Of a DNA stretch of 64,000 bases, positions 48,104 through 57,977 are shown piece after piece. The translations under genes and the position numbers were made by a program. The notes beneath the pieces were generated by a model. It saw nothing but the letters and a program-made list of their open reading frames with translations, did not search any database and had not been told where the DNA came from. Source of the DNA: Alphaproteobacteria bacterium (lineage in GTDB: Bacteria; Pseudomonadota; Alphaproteobacteria; Bin95); assembly GCA_964291285.2 (NCBI GenBank), contig OZ219786.1, forward strand, positions 448,001-512,000, in the 5' to 3' direction. The stretch's first letter is position 1, and each line of letters starts with the position of its first letter.

Positions 48104-50377
48104 CTACGGCCCGTCGTCCGCGGGCGCGCCGCGCCCGCCCGGCAGGCCGGGGCTGCGCCTTCCCTGGCCGACGCGCATCGGCCCGATCCGCCCGAACGCG
48201 CCGGCGATCCCGCCGCCGATCCGGTCGGCGTCGCCGTCGCGCCCGTCGCGCCCGCCGATCCAGTCCATGGCGATCGCGGGCAGATGGTCGATCAGCTTGA
48301 AGCAGCCGTTCATGAGGCCGTAGACGGTCATCAGGTAGATGGCGAGCATGGCGAGCCAGCCGAGCACGCCGATCCCGTCCGAGGCGCCGGCGTCGAAGAC
48401 GAGGCCCCGGAAGATGTCGTTGAAGGTGTCCATGATGGTGACGAACAGGAGGTAGCCGGTGACGAGGCCGAACAGCATCAGCACCGGGCGCAGCAGCAGG
48501 CCGGGCAGGAAGAGCCATCCCTGGCGCGTCGCCGGGGTGACGAACCCCTCGCCGCGGACCGTGTGCCCGGCGAGCCAGACCGGCATGGCGAAGACGGCCG
48601 CGACGACGGCGGTCAGCCAGGCCAGCAGGCCGAACAGGAAGCGCAGGAACGGCAGCACGGGAACCAGGTAGGCGAGCACCAGGCCGGCGAGGATCATGAG
48701 GCCCAGGATGGTCGACACGAAGCTGTCCATGACCTGCCAGGCGGCCTCGAACGCATCCAGCCCGCCGCCGATGAGCGGTATCGAGTTCAGCAGGTTCGAG
48801 CCGGTGGCGACGCCGCCGAGGACCAGGATCGAGCCGATCCCCTTGGCGACCAGGCTGTGTCCGAGCGAGACGAGGTCGAGGACCGGGTTGCCGCTGTCGA
48901 CCAGTTGTATGTCCTCGATGTCGAGCCAGTCGAACCAGCCGCGCCCGATCCCGCCGACGCCGCCGGGCCCGGGCGCGGGATCGGCGCCGGCGCCGAGCAC
49001 GGCGGGATATTCGCGCGAGGCGGCGAGCTGCCCGGCCGCGGCCGCGACGGCCGCGCGCGCCTGGGGGACCCATTCCCCGAGGCGCGCGGACGGTCCGGCA
49101 ACCCCCGGAATGCTCCCGGCGCCCAGCTGGTATTCGCCGACATGGCGGGTGATGGTCATGAACAGCGAGGCGGCGAGCGTCCAGGGGGTGTTCCTCGCCT
49201 CGTCCGCGAGCGCCGCCCTGAGCGCGGTCGTGGCCTCGTCCCGGGTCGCATCGGCCGCGGCGCCGACGGTCGCCAGCCATGTCCCGAGCGGATCGGCCGC
49301 GACCAGCATCGCCTCGATATCCGGCAGCGGGCCGTCCCTGCGGGCGGTTCCGGGCGGGGCCGCGAACCAGAGCGCCACTTCGTCCGCAATCCCGCCCAGC
49401 GCCGGGCGGACGGCGTCGAAGGCATCGCCCTGCGCCGCGGCCATCCTGCCCCCGGGGGTGGCGCCGCCGTCGAGGCCGGCGATCCGCACGCTGCCGCACA
49501 TGCCCTTCGGCATGCCGCCGGCATTGCCGTCATAGCCGATGGTGCGGACCCCCCGGCCCCTGTAGGCCCGCCGCCTCTGTTGCAGCGCGGTGTGCCTCTG
49601 CGTCTCCCTCACCGCGACATAGGCCGCATCGCCTGCTTCCCGGGCCGCCAGGTTCGCGGTGCGCGCGCAGAGTTCCGCCAGGAAGACGCCGGCGATGGCG
49701 GCCCGGAGCGGGCGCCGGTGCGGCGCCGGCGCCACCATGTTGCCGTCGCCGAGCACGTCCTCGGAGAACCCGGCCCAGACGAGCTGCGCGATGTCGCCGC
49801 CGGTGCGCGCGAGCGAGAGCGCCAGGTGCTGGCCTCCCGACAGGCCCCCGGGGAGCGGCACCATGAGCAGGAACGCGGCGGCGATCCGGAGCGTCTCCTT
49901 TCCCGTGAACCCCCAGCGTCCCCGGCTGGCGGTGTCGACGGTCCCGGCGGCGGTCCACCAGACGAGCAGCACGCCGGCGAGCACCAGGAAGGCGCCGTTG
50001 TAGACCGTCAGCATCCCGGAGAGCGCGGTGTTGCTGCCGGTATCGAGATCGGCGAGGAAGGCGAGCAGCGCGCGGCCTGCCCGGTCCGGCTCGCCCGAGA
50101 GGTCCGGAACCGGCGCCGTCTGCGCCGCCGCCGGCGCGGTCCCGGCCGCCATCTCGATCGCCCCCAGGACGATCCATGCCAGTCCCGCCAGCGCCATGCC
50201 GGCGCCGAGCCAGCCGGGCAGCCCGCGGGGGCGTTGCCGTCTTCCACCGCCCGGAGGCCGCTCCAGGGCGCCGGCCGCGGCGCGCAGCACACGGGCGCCG
50301 TCGCCGAGAGCGCGGGCCGCCGGTCCCAGCAGGTCCGGCAGCAGGACATGGCGCAGGAGGGAGGGACGGCGCGCCAT
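48104..50377 (-). CDS. dotA: DotA/TraY family inner-membrane protein
   Basis: LRIAAAFLLMVPLPGGLSGGQ, MCGSV, NPVLDLVSLGH, LAYLVPVLPF, PVWLAGH..GEGF, LLRPVLMLFGL, WIGG. Confidence 0.88.
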   Translation of the reverse strand: MARRPSLLRHVLLPDLLGPAARALGDGARVLRAAAGALERPPGGGRRQRPRGLPGWLGAGMALAGLAWIVLGAIEMAAGTAPAAAQTAPVPDLSGEPDRAGRALLAFLADLDTGSNTALSGMLTVYNGAFLVLAGVLLVWWTAAGTVDTASRGRWGFTGKETLRIAAAFLLMVPLPGGLSGGQHLALSLARTGGDIAQLVWAGFSEDVLGDGNMVAPAPHRRPLRAAIAGVFLAELCARTANLAAREAGDAAYVAVRETQRHTALQQRRRAYRGRGVRTIGYDGNAGGMPKGMCGSVRIAGLDGGATPGGRMAAAQGDAFDAVRPALGGIADEVALWFAAPPGTARRDGPLPDIEAMLVAADPLGTWLATVGAAADATRDEATTALRAALADEARNTPWTLAASLFMTITRHVGEYQLGAGSIPGVAGPSARLGEWVPQARAAVAAAAGQLAASREYPAVLGAGADPAPGPGGVGGIGRGWFDWLDIEDIQLVDSGNPVLDLVSLGHSLVAKGIGSILVLGGVATGSNLLNSIPLIGGGLDAFEAAWQVMDSFVSTILGLMILAGLVLAYLVPVLPFLRFLFGLLAWLTAVVAAVFAMPVWLAGHTVRGEGFVTPATRQGWLFLPGLLLRPVLMLFGLVTGYLLFVTIMDTFNDIFRGLVFDAGASDGIGVLGWLAMLAIYLMTVYGLMNGCFKLIDHLPAIAMDWIGGRDGRDGDADRIGGGIAGAFGRIGPMRVGQGRRSPGLPGGRGAPADDGP

Positions 50378-50383
50378 GGCCGG

Positions 50384-51526
50384 TCAGTTCGCGCCCGCCC
50401 GCCCGGCGAGCGCGCGGTCGCGGTCGATGCGCGCCGCGAGCGCGGCCGCCTCCAGCGCCAGGCGGCGCTGCTCGATGCGGAAGCGCTCCCGGTCGAGCAG
50501 CAGCGAGGCGGCGAGCAGGGAGGCGGTCTCGCGGAGCAGCGCCTCGCCGCCCATCGACTGGAGTTCGGCCCACCAGGCGGTGCGCTCGAACCGCTTCGCC
50601 GCCATGAGGTCGATGAGCTCCAGGCGGCTGACGGCGGCGTCCGGATTGCGCCCCGGGTCGATGGCGGCCGCCCAGCGCCCGAGTTCCGGGCCGGGCGCGC
50701 GCAGGGCGCGCAGATGGCCGAGCGCCTCCGCTGCCAGGGCGCGCCTTGCGGCCGCCGCGCGCGACGCCATGACCCTGCCGCGCTCGCTTGCCGAGTCGAC
50801 CGCGCCGAGCGGTTCCGGGTCCTCGACAGCCGGCACCGTCAGGTTGCGGGAGAGGTCGATCGCCGCCTGGAGTTCGGTCTCCGAAGCGAAGGTCTCCACC
50901 GCGAACAGGCTGTCGGGCCGGAGGTCCGCGCCGTGGTCCTCCGCCGCTCCGGAGCAGGCCGCGCTCTGCAGCGGCGCGCGGTCCGGACTGCACCAGCGCT
51001 CCAGGACGCGGCGGTAGCGCTCGGCGCTGTCGGTCGCCGCCGCCGGCGCCGAGCCGGTGGCGCGGTCGCCCGCGATCCGGCCGGTCTCGGAGACGGCCGC
51101 CGCGCGCCCCGCGACCGTGCTGGCGATCCGGGCCTGCGCCAGGCCGCGCGCGCCGGTGGCGACGGCGCAGGCGGACCGCGACGGACGCCGGGCGACCTGC
51201 GCGCGCACCTCGGCCGCATCGCGCTCCGTCTGCGCGCGTATGGCAGCGTGGCTGTCGAGCGCCGTCGTGACGGCCTTCGCGCTCTGCGCCGCATATCCTG
51301 TCTGCTGGCCGGTCTGCTTCACCAGGGCGTCGTGGATCGTCCGCTCCATGGTCTCGATGCGGGCGTTCACGCTGGAGATGACGCGGCTTGCCTCGCTGAC
51401 CGTCTTCGGAACCGGGGTGCAGCCCTTCCCGCCGCCGCCGAACAGCGCCGCCGCCGGAGCGGGCGCGAGCAGGTGAGCGGCAAGAACGGCGGCCCCGAAC
51501 GCCGCAACCGGGAGCGCCCGCCTCAT
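50384..51526 (-). CDS. Exported T4SS-associated protein (IcmX/TraW position)
   Basis: Signal peptide; SRLELIDLMAAKRF..WWAELQSM..LLRE segment; lies between icmB and dotA. Confidence 0.55.
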   Translation of the reverse strand: MRRALPVAAFGAAVLAAHLLAPAPAAALFGGGGKGCTPVPKTVSEASRVISSVNARIETMERTIHDALVKQTGQQTGYAAQSAKAVTTALDSHAAIRAQTERDAAEVRAQVARRPSRSACAVATGARGLAQARIASTVAGRAAAVSETGRIAGDRATGSAPAAATDSAERYRRVLERWCSPDRAPLQSAACSGAAEDHGADLRPDSLFAVETFASETELQAAIDLSRNLTVPAVEDPEPLGAVDSASERGRVMASRAAAARRALAAEALGHLRALRAPGPELGRWAAAIDPGRNPDAAVSRLELIDLMAAKRFERTAWWAELQSMGGEALLRETASLLAASLLLDRERFRIEQRRLALEAAALAARIDRDRALAGRAGAN

Positions 51527-52047
51527 TGCGGCGCTCCGCCGAACAGCCGTCTGAAGCGCTCGCGCCCGATGCCCGCATCGCCGAGCGCATTGCCGTGGAT
51601 CGATCCGGTCCCGGCGCCCGGCACGTCCTGCACGGGACCGGCGAACACGGCGGCATCCAGGCTCCGCCCCACATGCCGGCCGTAGACATCCGATGCTTCC
51701 GAACAGACACGGTCCCGCGCCAGGTCGAGGATCCGGTCCAGCGCGTCACCGGGGCGGTAGAGGATGTCCATGCCGCGATAGTCGAACATGTCCCACACGC
51801 AGCTGAGGTCGAGGATCGAGTCCGGTTTCCGGATCCCCTGGCCGGCATGGCGGATCACGGCGAGATCGGCCTTCACCCCCGCCTCGGCCGCCTTCGCCAG
51901 CGCCTCTGCCACCTCCGGATCGCAATCCGGGAGCTCCGTCCCTGCCGCCGCACCCGTCGTTCCCTGCCCCGATGCAGGCTCCGGAAGGACCGGCAGCGAT
52001 ACCGCGACCGCCGCCAGGACCGCCAGACCGCCCCGCCATGCCTTCAT
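51523..52047 (-). CDS. Exported Cys-containing T4SS-associated protein
   Basis: Signal peptide, CDPEV, PDSILDLSC; ATGA-coupled to neighbours. Confidence 0.6.
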   Translation of the reverse strand: MKAWRGGLAVLAAVAVSLPVLPEPASGQGTTGAAAGTELPDCDPEVAEALAKAAEAGVKADLAVIRHAGQGIRKPDSILDLSCVWDMFDYRGMDILYRPGDALDRILDLARDRVCSEASDVYGRHVGRSLDAAVFAGPVQDVPGAGTGSIHGNALGDAGIGRERFRRLFGGAPQ

Positions 52048-55000
52048 CCGTCAGCTCCCTTTCCCGCCTGCATGTCGACAAGCCTGTCCGCAATGCCGCC
52101 GAGCACTTCCCTGACCGACGCCCGCGAGCGCGCGCCGCGCTCCTCGAGCGCCGCCACCGCATCCCGCACCCGCGCCTCGGCCGATCCCGCCGGGAAGGCG
52201 CGGGCAAGCACGCGCCGCGCTTCGGCCGGTCCGAGCCGCGCCTGGACCCGCCGGCGCAGCGCCGCGTCGATCGGGCGGGTGTTCAGCGACCAGAGTTCCT
52301 GCGGTCCCGGCGCATTGACCACGAGCTGCTCGATCCGCCCCCGTTCGCCTTCGGCCATGAGCAGCGCCGGCGCCCCGCCGGCGTCCGGCCCCCGAAGCTC
52401 GAAGCGCACCGTGTCGCGCAGCGTCTTCGAGAGCCCGAACACCTCCCCGAGCTCCGTCACCTCGCTCGCCTTGCTCCCGGAGCCCAGAACCCAGAACTGC
52501 GTCCCCAGGGTCACCAGCTCCCTGTCGAAATCCCCGAGGCTCTGGCTGGACAGCGCGAGCCGCACGCCGAGCTTCCTCGCCTCCCGGACGTCCCGCTCCA
52601 CCTGGGCGCGCACCGCCGGGGCGCCGCCGGTCCGGTGGTATTCGTCGTAGCAGAGCCGCTTCGGGGTCTCCCTCATCTCCCGGCAGCGCTGCGCATGCCA
52701 CTCCCGGTAGCGCTCCGGCACGCCGGCCAGGTCCTCCTCGGCCAGCCACCAGTCGCGCGTCAGCGCGTGCCTCGCCAGCATGTAGAACGCGGCCGCCTGC
52801 AGGTCCGCCTCCGGACTGCCCGTCGGCGCGACCTCGCCCAGGTCGATCGCCGACAGGCGCGCGTTGCCGATGTCGAAGGAGGTCTCCGCGAACATGTTCG
52901 GCCAGGCCGCGCTCAGGCCCGTGAGGATCCTCCGGAACGCTCCTGTCACCGTCTCTCCGCCCGGGCCGTGGCGCACATCGCGGACGAGGCCCTGCACCGC
53001 CTCCGACTGCACCGCCGTCGTCAGCAGGGAAAAGGTCGGGACCGCATGACGCTGCGCGCGCACCGCCGCCTCCACCGCGCCCGCGTCGAACAGGGCGTCC
53101 ACCACGTCCCACTGCAGCGTGTCCGGCCCGGTCGCGACGCCGTGAAGATCCACCGCCGCATCCACTTCTTCGTCCTCGCCGCGCTCGTAACGCTTCGCCT
53201 CGTTCAGCGAGCCCGTGTCCGAGCGCAGCTCGTACGCCTCCCGGATCGTCGCCCCGACGAGCTCGCGCATGCCGTCCGACATCCCCGCGCTTCCCGCCGG
53301 CGTCACCATCAGCGACAGCAGGTTCACCAGGAATGCGCGCTCCACCGGCAGCGGGAACCGGCAGCCGAGCTGGGTGTCCATCGGGTTCACGGCATGGGCG
53401 GAGTCCATCCGCCAGCGCCAGCGGCCGGCCTCGTGGCGCCGGCCCGCCGGCAGCGCATCGCGGACCAGATCGACCAGCCCGGCCGCCGACGGCCCTATGT
53501 CCACCACCGCCTGCAGCGGCATGCGGGACTGGCCCCCCTGAAGCGCGAACGCCAGCCCGAGCGTGTTCAGCAGCACGCTCTTGCCCCTGCCGGGAATGCC
53601 GAAGATCAGGTCGAACCCGTGCTCCGCGCCCTCGAACCCGAAGGGAAGCGCCTTGCCGTCGCGCGACACGAACATGTGCGAGACGGCGCCGCTGCCGCCG
53701 CTGCGCACGAGCGGCGCCGGCCGCGACACCGGCAGCATCGCCAGCGCCTCCCCGAGCGGCGCCAGGCCGGCCGCGGCCGTCGATCCGCACGCGAATCCCG
53801 GAACCGACGCCGCCAGCGCCTCCAGCGGGTCGCCGGTGACCGGCGTCACGCCGATCTCTCCCCAGCCTTCGACGAGCTGCTGCAGGCGGCTCACCCGCCG
53901 CGCCAGCTCCTCCCGCCGGCTGTCCGGGAGACCCGCGCCCTCCACCCAGGTCAGGAACTGCACCCGCAGCCTGACCACCGCCCGGCCCGCCGCCGCATGC
54001 GCCGCCAGCCCCTCCGCGGCGTTCCGCACCGCCAGGCTGTCCGACGACGAAAAGGCCAGGAACGGGGCCGCCGCATGGCGCATCATCGCGCCCGCGCGCC
54101 GCATCCCCCCGCCTTCCAGCAGGAAGGCCACCCGGACCGGCAGGTTCCCGGCCGCCGCGAGCCGCTCCATCAGTTCCGAAAACGGCCTCGCCCGCCGCGG
54201 GCCGAGCTCCATGTCGAGCGGCGCCCAGATCCGCGATCCCAGCAGCACCGCGCTGCGGCCGAGGACCTCCGGCTCCCGCACCACGACCTGGGGCGCGAGC
54301 GGCGGCGGCCAGGCGCCGAGCTCCACCGGCTCCGGATCGCGCGCCGGCGCCTCTCCGGCCGCCGTTGCGGGCTGCCATCCCTCGCCGACGCTCTCCGGCC
54401 CGGCCAGCCACCACCTGAGCGCCCTGACCGCGTCGCCGGCATCCAGAACCCGCGACACGACGCCCGTCTCGTCCAGCACAGCCTGCACGGACTCGACAAA
54501 CGCCAGGTGGCGCGCGCCCAGCACGCCCTCGGCCGCAAACGGACACTGCGATTCCTCATCGCCCGGCGCCCAGTCCTTCTTCCGCTCCCTGACCGCGCGC
54601 TTCTCCCTGCGCTCCCGGTCGCGCGCCAGAACCGCCGGACCGCTCCAGCAGGCAATCGTCAGGCGTTCCCCCGACAGTCGCGGCGACAGCCGCTCCACCC
54701 GCTCCGCGATCGTCGCCTCCAGGTCGATCCCGAGACGCTCGCAGCTTCTCCGCTGCCGGTCGCCCGCGCGCTCGAGCAGCCGCCGCCCCTCCTCCGGCGC
54801 GCGCTCGAACACGACGTGCAGCGCATGGCCCTTGCCGAGGAACGCCGTGTTCAGACGGCGCTCCACCGTCTCCACGAAGAGACCGAGCTCATCCTCGCCC
54901 ATCATGCTGCGCGAGCCGTGGACATCGATGCAGGACGCCAGCGAGTTGTCGCTCCCGACCAGCACCCCGACCCCGTCCTGCCCGGCCGCCGCGCGGACCA

Positions 55001-55088
55001 GCATGAAGCTCTCCAGAGGCTTGCGCCGCTCCCGCCACCACCAGCGCAGCAGGTCTTCCAGGGCGTCTGCGGGACGGCGCCCGGCCAC
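52044..55088 (-). CDS. icmB: IcmB/DotO (TraU) VirB4-like ATPase
   Basis: GIPGRGKSVLLN, VDIGPSA, VNPMDTQLGCRFPLP.ERAFL, KRLCYDEYHRT, DVREARK..LSSQ, GPQELWSLNT. Confidence 0.92.
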   Translation of the reverse strand: MAGRRPADALEDLLRWWWRERRKPLESFMLVRAAAGQDGVGVLVGSDNSLASCIDVHGSRSMMGEDELGLFVETVERRLNTAFLGKGHALHVVFERAPEEGRRLLERAGDRQRRSCERLGIDLEATIAERVERLSPRLSGERLTIACWSGPAVLARDRERREKRAVRERKKDWAPGDEESQCPFAAEGVLGARHLAFVESVQAVLDETGVVSRVLDAGDAVRALRWWLAGPESVGEGWQPATAAGEAPARDPEPVELGAWPPPLAPQVVVREPEVLGRSAVLLGSRIWAPLDMELGPRRARPFSELMERLAAAGNLPVRVAFLLEGGGMRRAGAMMRHAAAPFLAFSSSDSLAVRNAAEGLAAHAAAGRAVVRLRVQFLTWVEGAGLPDSRREELARRVSRLQQLVEGWGEIGVTPVTGDPLEALAASVPGFACGSTAAAGLAPLGEALAMLPVSRPAPLVRSGGSGAVSHMFVSRDGKALPFGFEGAEHGFDLIFGIPGRGKSVLLNTLGLAFALQGGQSRMPLQAVVDIGPSAAGLVDLVRDALPAGRRHEAGRWRWRMDSAHAVNPMDTQLGCRFPLPVERAFLVNLLSLMVTPAGSAGMSDGMRELVGATIREAYELRSDTGSLNEAKRYERGEDEEVDAAVDLHGVATGPDTLQWDVVDALFDAGAVEAAVRAQRHAVPTFSLLTTAVQSEAVQGLVRDVRHGPGGETVTGAFRRILTGLSAAWPNMFAETSFDIGNARLSAIDLGEVAPTGSPEADLQAAAFYMLARHALTRDWWLAEEDLAGVPERYREWHAQRCREMRETPKRLCYDEYHRTGGAPAVRAQVERDVREARKLGVRLALSSQSLGDFDRELVTLGTQFWVLGSGSKASEVTELGEVFGLSKTLRDTVRFELRGPDAGGAPALLMAEGERGRIEQLVVNAPGPQELWSLNTRPIDAALRRRVQARLGPAEARRVLARAFPAGSAEARVRDAVAALEERGARSRASVREVLGGIADRLVDMQAGKGADG

Positions 55089-55091
55089 GAT

Positions 55092-55469
55092 CTAGAACCT
55101 CGGCCTTTGAAGCGTCTGGTCCTGGTCGAGCTGGAAGCTCTCCACGGCCCGCTCCAGAAGCGTCGGACCCGCCGCCAGCGCGATCGCGACGATGAACACC
55201 ACGACCGGGACCGTCAGCCCGCCGCGCTGCGGATTGTCGACATGGCCCTTCACCTTGAGCGCCGCATAGCCGAAGCAGAAGGCCGCCAGCAGGTAGAAGA
55301 CCCAGGCCAGCAGGGTCATCAGCAGCCCCAGCTCCGTTTCGGCTGCCCTGCCCAGGTCGCTCAGCTTCTTCGCCTCCGCCGGCAACACGCCCGCCAGCAG
55401 CCCCGCCGCCGCGAACGCGGCAGCAGCAGGCCGCCGCCAGGCGTTTCTTCCTTTCCGGGCCGTCTTCAT
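55092..55469 (-). CDS. IcmD/DotP-like pilin-like membrane protein
   Basis: Signal peptide, two TM helices flanking LKVKGHVDNPQ. Confidence 0.6.
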   Translation of the reverse strand: MKTARKGRNAWRRPAAAAFAAAGLLAGVLPAEAKKLSDLGRAAETELGLLMTLLAWVFYLLAAFCFGYAALKVKGHVDNPQRGGLTVPVVVFIVAIALAAGPTLLERAVESFQLDQDQTLQRPRF

Positions 55470-55504
55470 CGGCCGTCTCCTTCCCTTTCGCGGAACCTCA
55501 TGCG

Positions 55505-55861
55505 CTACCGGCCCCGCCATTCCGGCGGGCGCAGCAGCCCGGGCAACCGATCCCCCTCCAGCGCCAGGCCCGCCGCAACCGGCGCCGCTCCGAACGCCAT
55601 GATCGCGCCCGGGCCGGCCCATGGGACCTTTCGCCCGTCCAGGACCAGCCACAGCGCCCGCAGACCCCCTGCGCCCGCGAGCACCGCCCCCGGGACCCAC
55701 AACAGCTTGACCGCAAGGACCGGCATTGGCGGGCCGAGCCTCAGAAGCAGGTCCTGCGCCAGCGGCCCCCAAGGCTTCGCCCCTGCCGCCCCGGCGCCGG
55801 ACGCCGCAAGCAGGACAGCCGCGCATGCCCGCACCGCCATTTCGCGCGCCCGCGCCCTCAT
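55505..55861 (-). CDS. Small pilin-like membrane protein
   Basis: Hydrophobic, ATGA-coupled to the upstream gene. Confidence 0.4.
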   Translation of the reverse strand: MRARAREMAVRACAAVLLAASGAGAAGAKPWGPLAQDLLLRLGPPMPVLAVKLLWVPGAVLAGAGGLRALWLVLDGRKVPWAGPGAIMAFGAAPVAAGLALEGDRLPGLLRPPEWRGR

Positions 55862-56391
55862 ATCGGCACCGCCTGCATGCCGAGCGTGTTCTGCAGCGCG
55901 CGCACGAGCCCGGCCATGTGCCAGCACATCACCCCGCCCAGCAGGTAGCAGCCCGCCTGCGTCAGCGTTGCCTGCCCGCGCCCGTCCACCGCATGCTTCA
56001 GCACGAAGCATCCCCTGAGGAACGCGAACAGCCCGATCCATGCCACGACCGCGAACGCCGCCTGCACCGCCGCGCCGAACCGCTGCCATTCTCCCGAAGC
56101 GGGCGGCATCCAGGCCATCGCCGACGCCGCCTCGCGGTCGGCCCCGAACACCGATTCCCCCGATGCCATCAGCACATCCGGCAACCGCACCAGAACCACC
56201 GCCAGCAGGAACACCAGCGCCGTTCCGGTCCCGGTCCCGGGCCAGTGCCCCCCGGCATGCCTGAGGACACGCAAACACCCGCCCATGAAGCAGAACGCGG
56301 CGAGCAGATAGCAGACGGCGCCCATCAGCATCCGGAGCGCGCCGTCCACGTCCTGCACCAGAGCCCGGAACGCCGCTTCGAGACCGTTCAT
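55858..56391 (-). CDS. icmC: IcmC/DotE (TraQ)-like membrane protein
   Basis: Four TM helices, WIGLFAFLRGCFVL, YLLGGVMCWH..LQNTLG. Confidence 0.7.
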   Translation of the reverse strand: MNGLEAAFRALVQDVDGALRMLMGAVCYLLAAFCFMGGCLRVLRHAGGHWPGTGTGTALVFLLAVVLVRLPDVLMASGESVFGADREAASAMAWMPPASGEWQRFGAAVQAAFAVVAWIGLFAFLRGCFVLKHAVDGRGQATLTQAGCYLLGGVMCWHMAGLVRALQNTLGMQAVPI

Positions 56392-57617
56392 TGCCGCCCG
56401 CTCCGGCCGGGCGGTCCGGCGAACGCGCCCCGGCCGCCGTCGATCCGGGCGGCCGGACCGCCCCGCCGCGGGGACCCGGCCTCCCGCCCCGGGGCTTCGC
56501 CGTTCCGGCCCCGCTCCGGCGTCCCGGTTATGACCAGCACCAGCTCCGTATTCACCGGCACCCGAACCGTCGGCCCCTGCGGCAGTCCCTCGAGCAGCAC
56601 CTCCCCGGCGCGCCTGGCCGCCGCCGCCGCGCCGGCGTAAACCTGCTGGCGGTGCGTCGGCGCCCCGCTCTCCACCGTCACCGTCTCTCCGGAAGCGCCC
56701 CTGGTGACAAGGCGCGCCGTCTGCGCCGCCGCCTCGAGGAAGCCGCCCGCAAACGCCACCGCCGACGGCAGCAGCACCCGGTCGAACCAGTGCCGGTCGA
56801 CCTCGCCCGCAATGCCGTAGCACGCGCAGCCGGGGTCCACCGCCCAGCCTTCGATGTCCCGGCTCTCCCGGCCCACCGACAACCGGTCGATCCGGATCAC
56901 CAGCCGGTCCCGCACCCGCTCGAACGCCCCGGTCGCCACCGCCCCGTCCAGGGGCGGCTCCAGGACCTCCAGGACGACGGGTCCCGGAAAGTCGCTGTTC
57001 GCCTCGTACAGCGCCCTCGCATAGAGGCCCGCGCCCGGCTTCAGCCCGGCCAGGACGGGCGGCAGGGGCGCGCCCCGCCCCTCGAAACCCGGGTCCGCGC
57101 CGGACTCCGGTTCCGCCTCCGCCGGAGCGCGTTCACGGGCCACCCGGACCATCTTCGCCCGGGGCGCGGCGAGCACGTCCAGGAGCGCATCGAGGGGCGA
57201 GGCATCCCTGTCCCGGCTCCCGCCGCGCTCCGGCAGCCGCTCGCCCGGCCGCGCCGCCGGCGGGTCCCTTCGTGCCTGCGCCGGCGCCGGCCGCTCCGCA
57301 GGAGGCGTCTCCGCCGCCGGCCCGGGTTCCTTCGGCCCGGGCGCCGCCGGCATCACGGCCGGAGGCGGCCGGTCCGGGCGCGTCGGGCGGTCGAATGTCG
57401 GCGAGAAACTCTCTCCCCGTTCCATCGCCTCCTGCCTGCGCCCGGCATCGTCGCGCCCGATCGCCTCGCGAAAGGCATCCGTAACCGGCTTCTCCGGGTC
57501 GAAGACGACACCGCTGCCATCGCCCTCTGCCCATGCCGCAGACGCGAGCAGCAGCCAGGCCGCGAACCCCGGCGCCGCCCCGCGCCAGGCCCGGCGGCGC
57601 TCCCGCGCCGACGCCAC
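56388..57617 (-). CDS. icmE: DotG/IcmE (TraO, VirB10-like) core-complex protein
   Basis: PGAGLYA..ANSDFPGPV, GWAVDP..IAGEVDRHWFDR, GPTVRVP; start uncertain (GTG 57617). Confidence 0.8.
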   Translation of the reverse strand: MASARERRRAWRGAAPGFAAWLLLASAAWAEGDGSGVVFDPEKPVTDAFREAIGRDDAGRRQEAMERGESFSPTFDRPTRPDRPPPAVMPAAPGPKEPGPAAETPPAERPAPAQARRDPPAARPGERLPERGGSRDRDASPLDALLDVLAAPRAKMVRVARERAPAEAEPESGADPGFEGRGAPLPPVLAGLKPGAGLYARALYEANSDFPGPVVLEVLEPPLDGAVATGAFERVRDRLVIRIDRLSVGRESRDIEGWAVDPGCACYGIAGEVDRHWFDRVLLPSAVAFAGGFLEAAAQTARLVTRGASGETVTVESGAPTHRQQVYAGAAAAARRAGEVLLEGLPQGPTVRVPVNTELVLVITGTPERGRNGEAPGREAGSPRRGGPAARIDGGRGAFAGPPGRSGRQ

Positions 57618-57646
57618 CGGCGGCGTTCCGCCGCCCCTGTTCCCGC

Positions 57647-57976
57647 TCAGCTCTCCGCCTCCGGGTTCACGGCCCGCTTGAGCACCGGCGACGGCACGAA
57701 CCGCACCGCCTTCGACGGCGGCGCGGTTCTTCGCTCGCCCGTGCGCAGATCGCGGTATTCCCGCGCCCCGCTCTCGGCGACCACGAACGTCCCGAAGCCG
57801 CGCAGCACCACCCGGTCCCCGCCCGCAAGCCTCGCCGCGATCTCCTCGACCACGACCCCGACCGCCTTCGAAGCCTTCTCCCACGAGAGCCCCGCCTTCT
57901 CCCCGACCGCCTTCACGAGCTCCGTCCGGCCCGTCGCCGCCAGGGACCTCCTGCCTATCTCCGTGGTCCTCGCCAT
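57647..57976 (-). CDS. hup: HU-family DNA-binding protein
   Basis: ELVKAVGEKAGLS, GDRVVLRGFGTF, REYRDLRTGE, VRFVPSPVLK. Confidence 0.88.
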   Translation of the reverse strand: MARTTEIGRRSLAATGRTELVKAVGEKAGLSWEKASKAVGVVVEEIAARLAGGDRVVLRGFGTFVVAESGAREYRDLRTGERRTAPPSKAVRFVPSPVLKRAVNPEAES

Positions 57977-57977
57977 C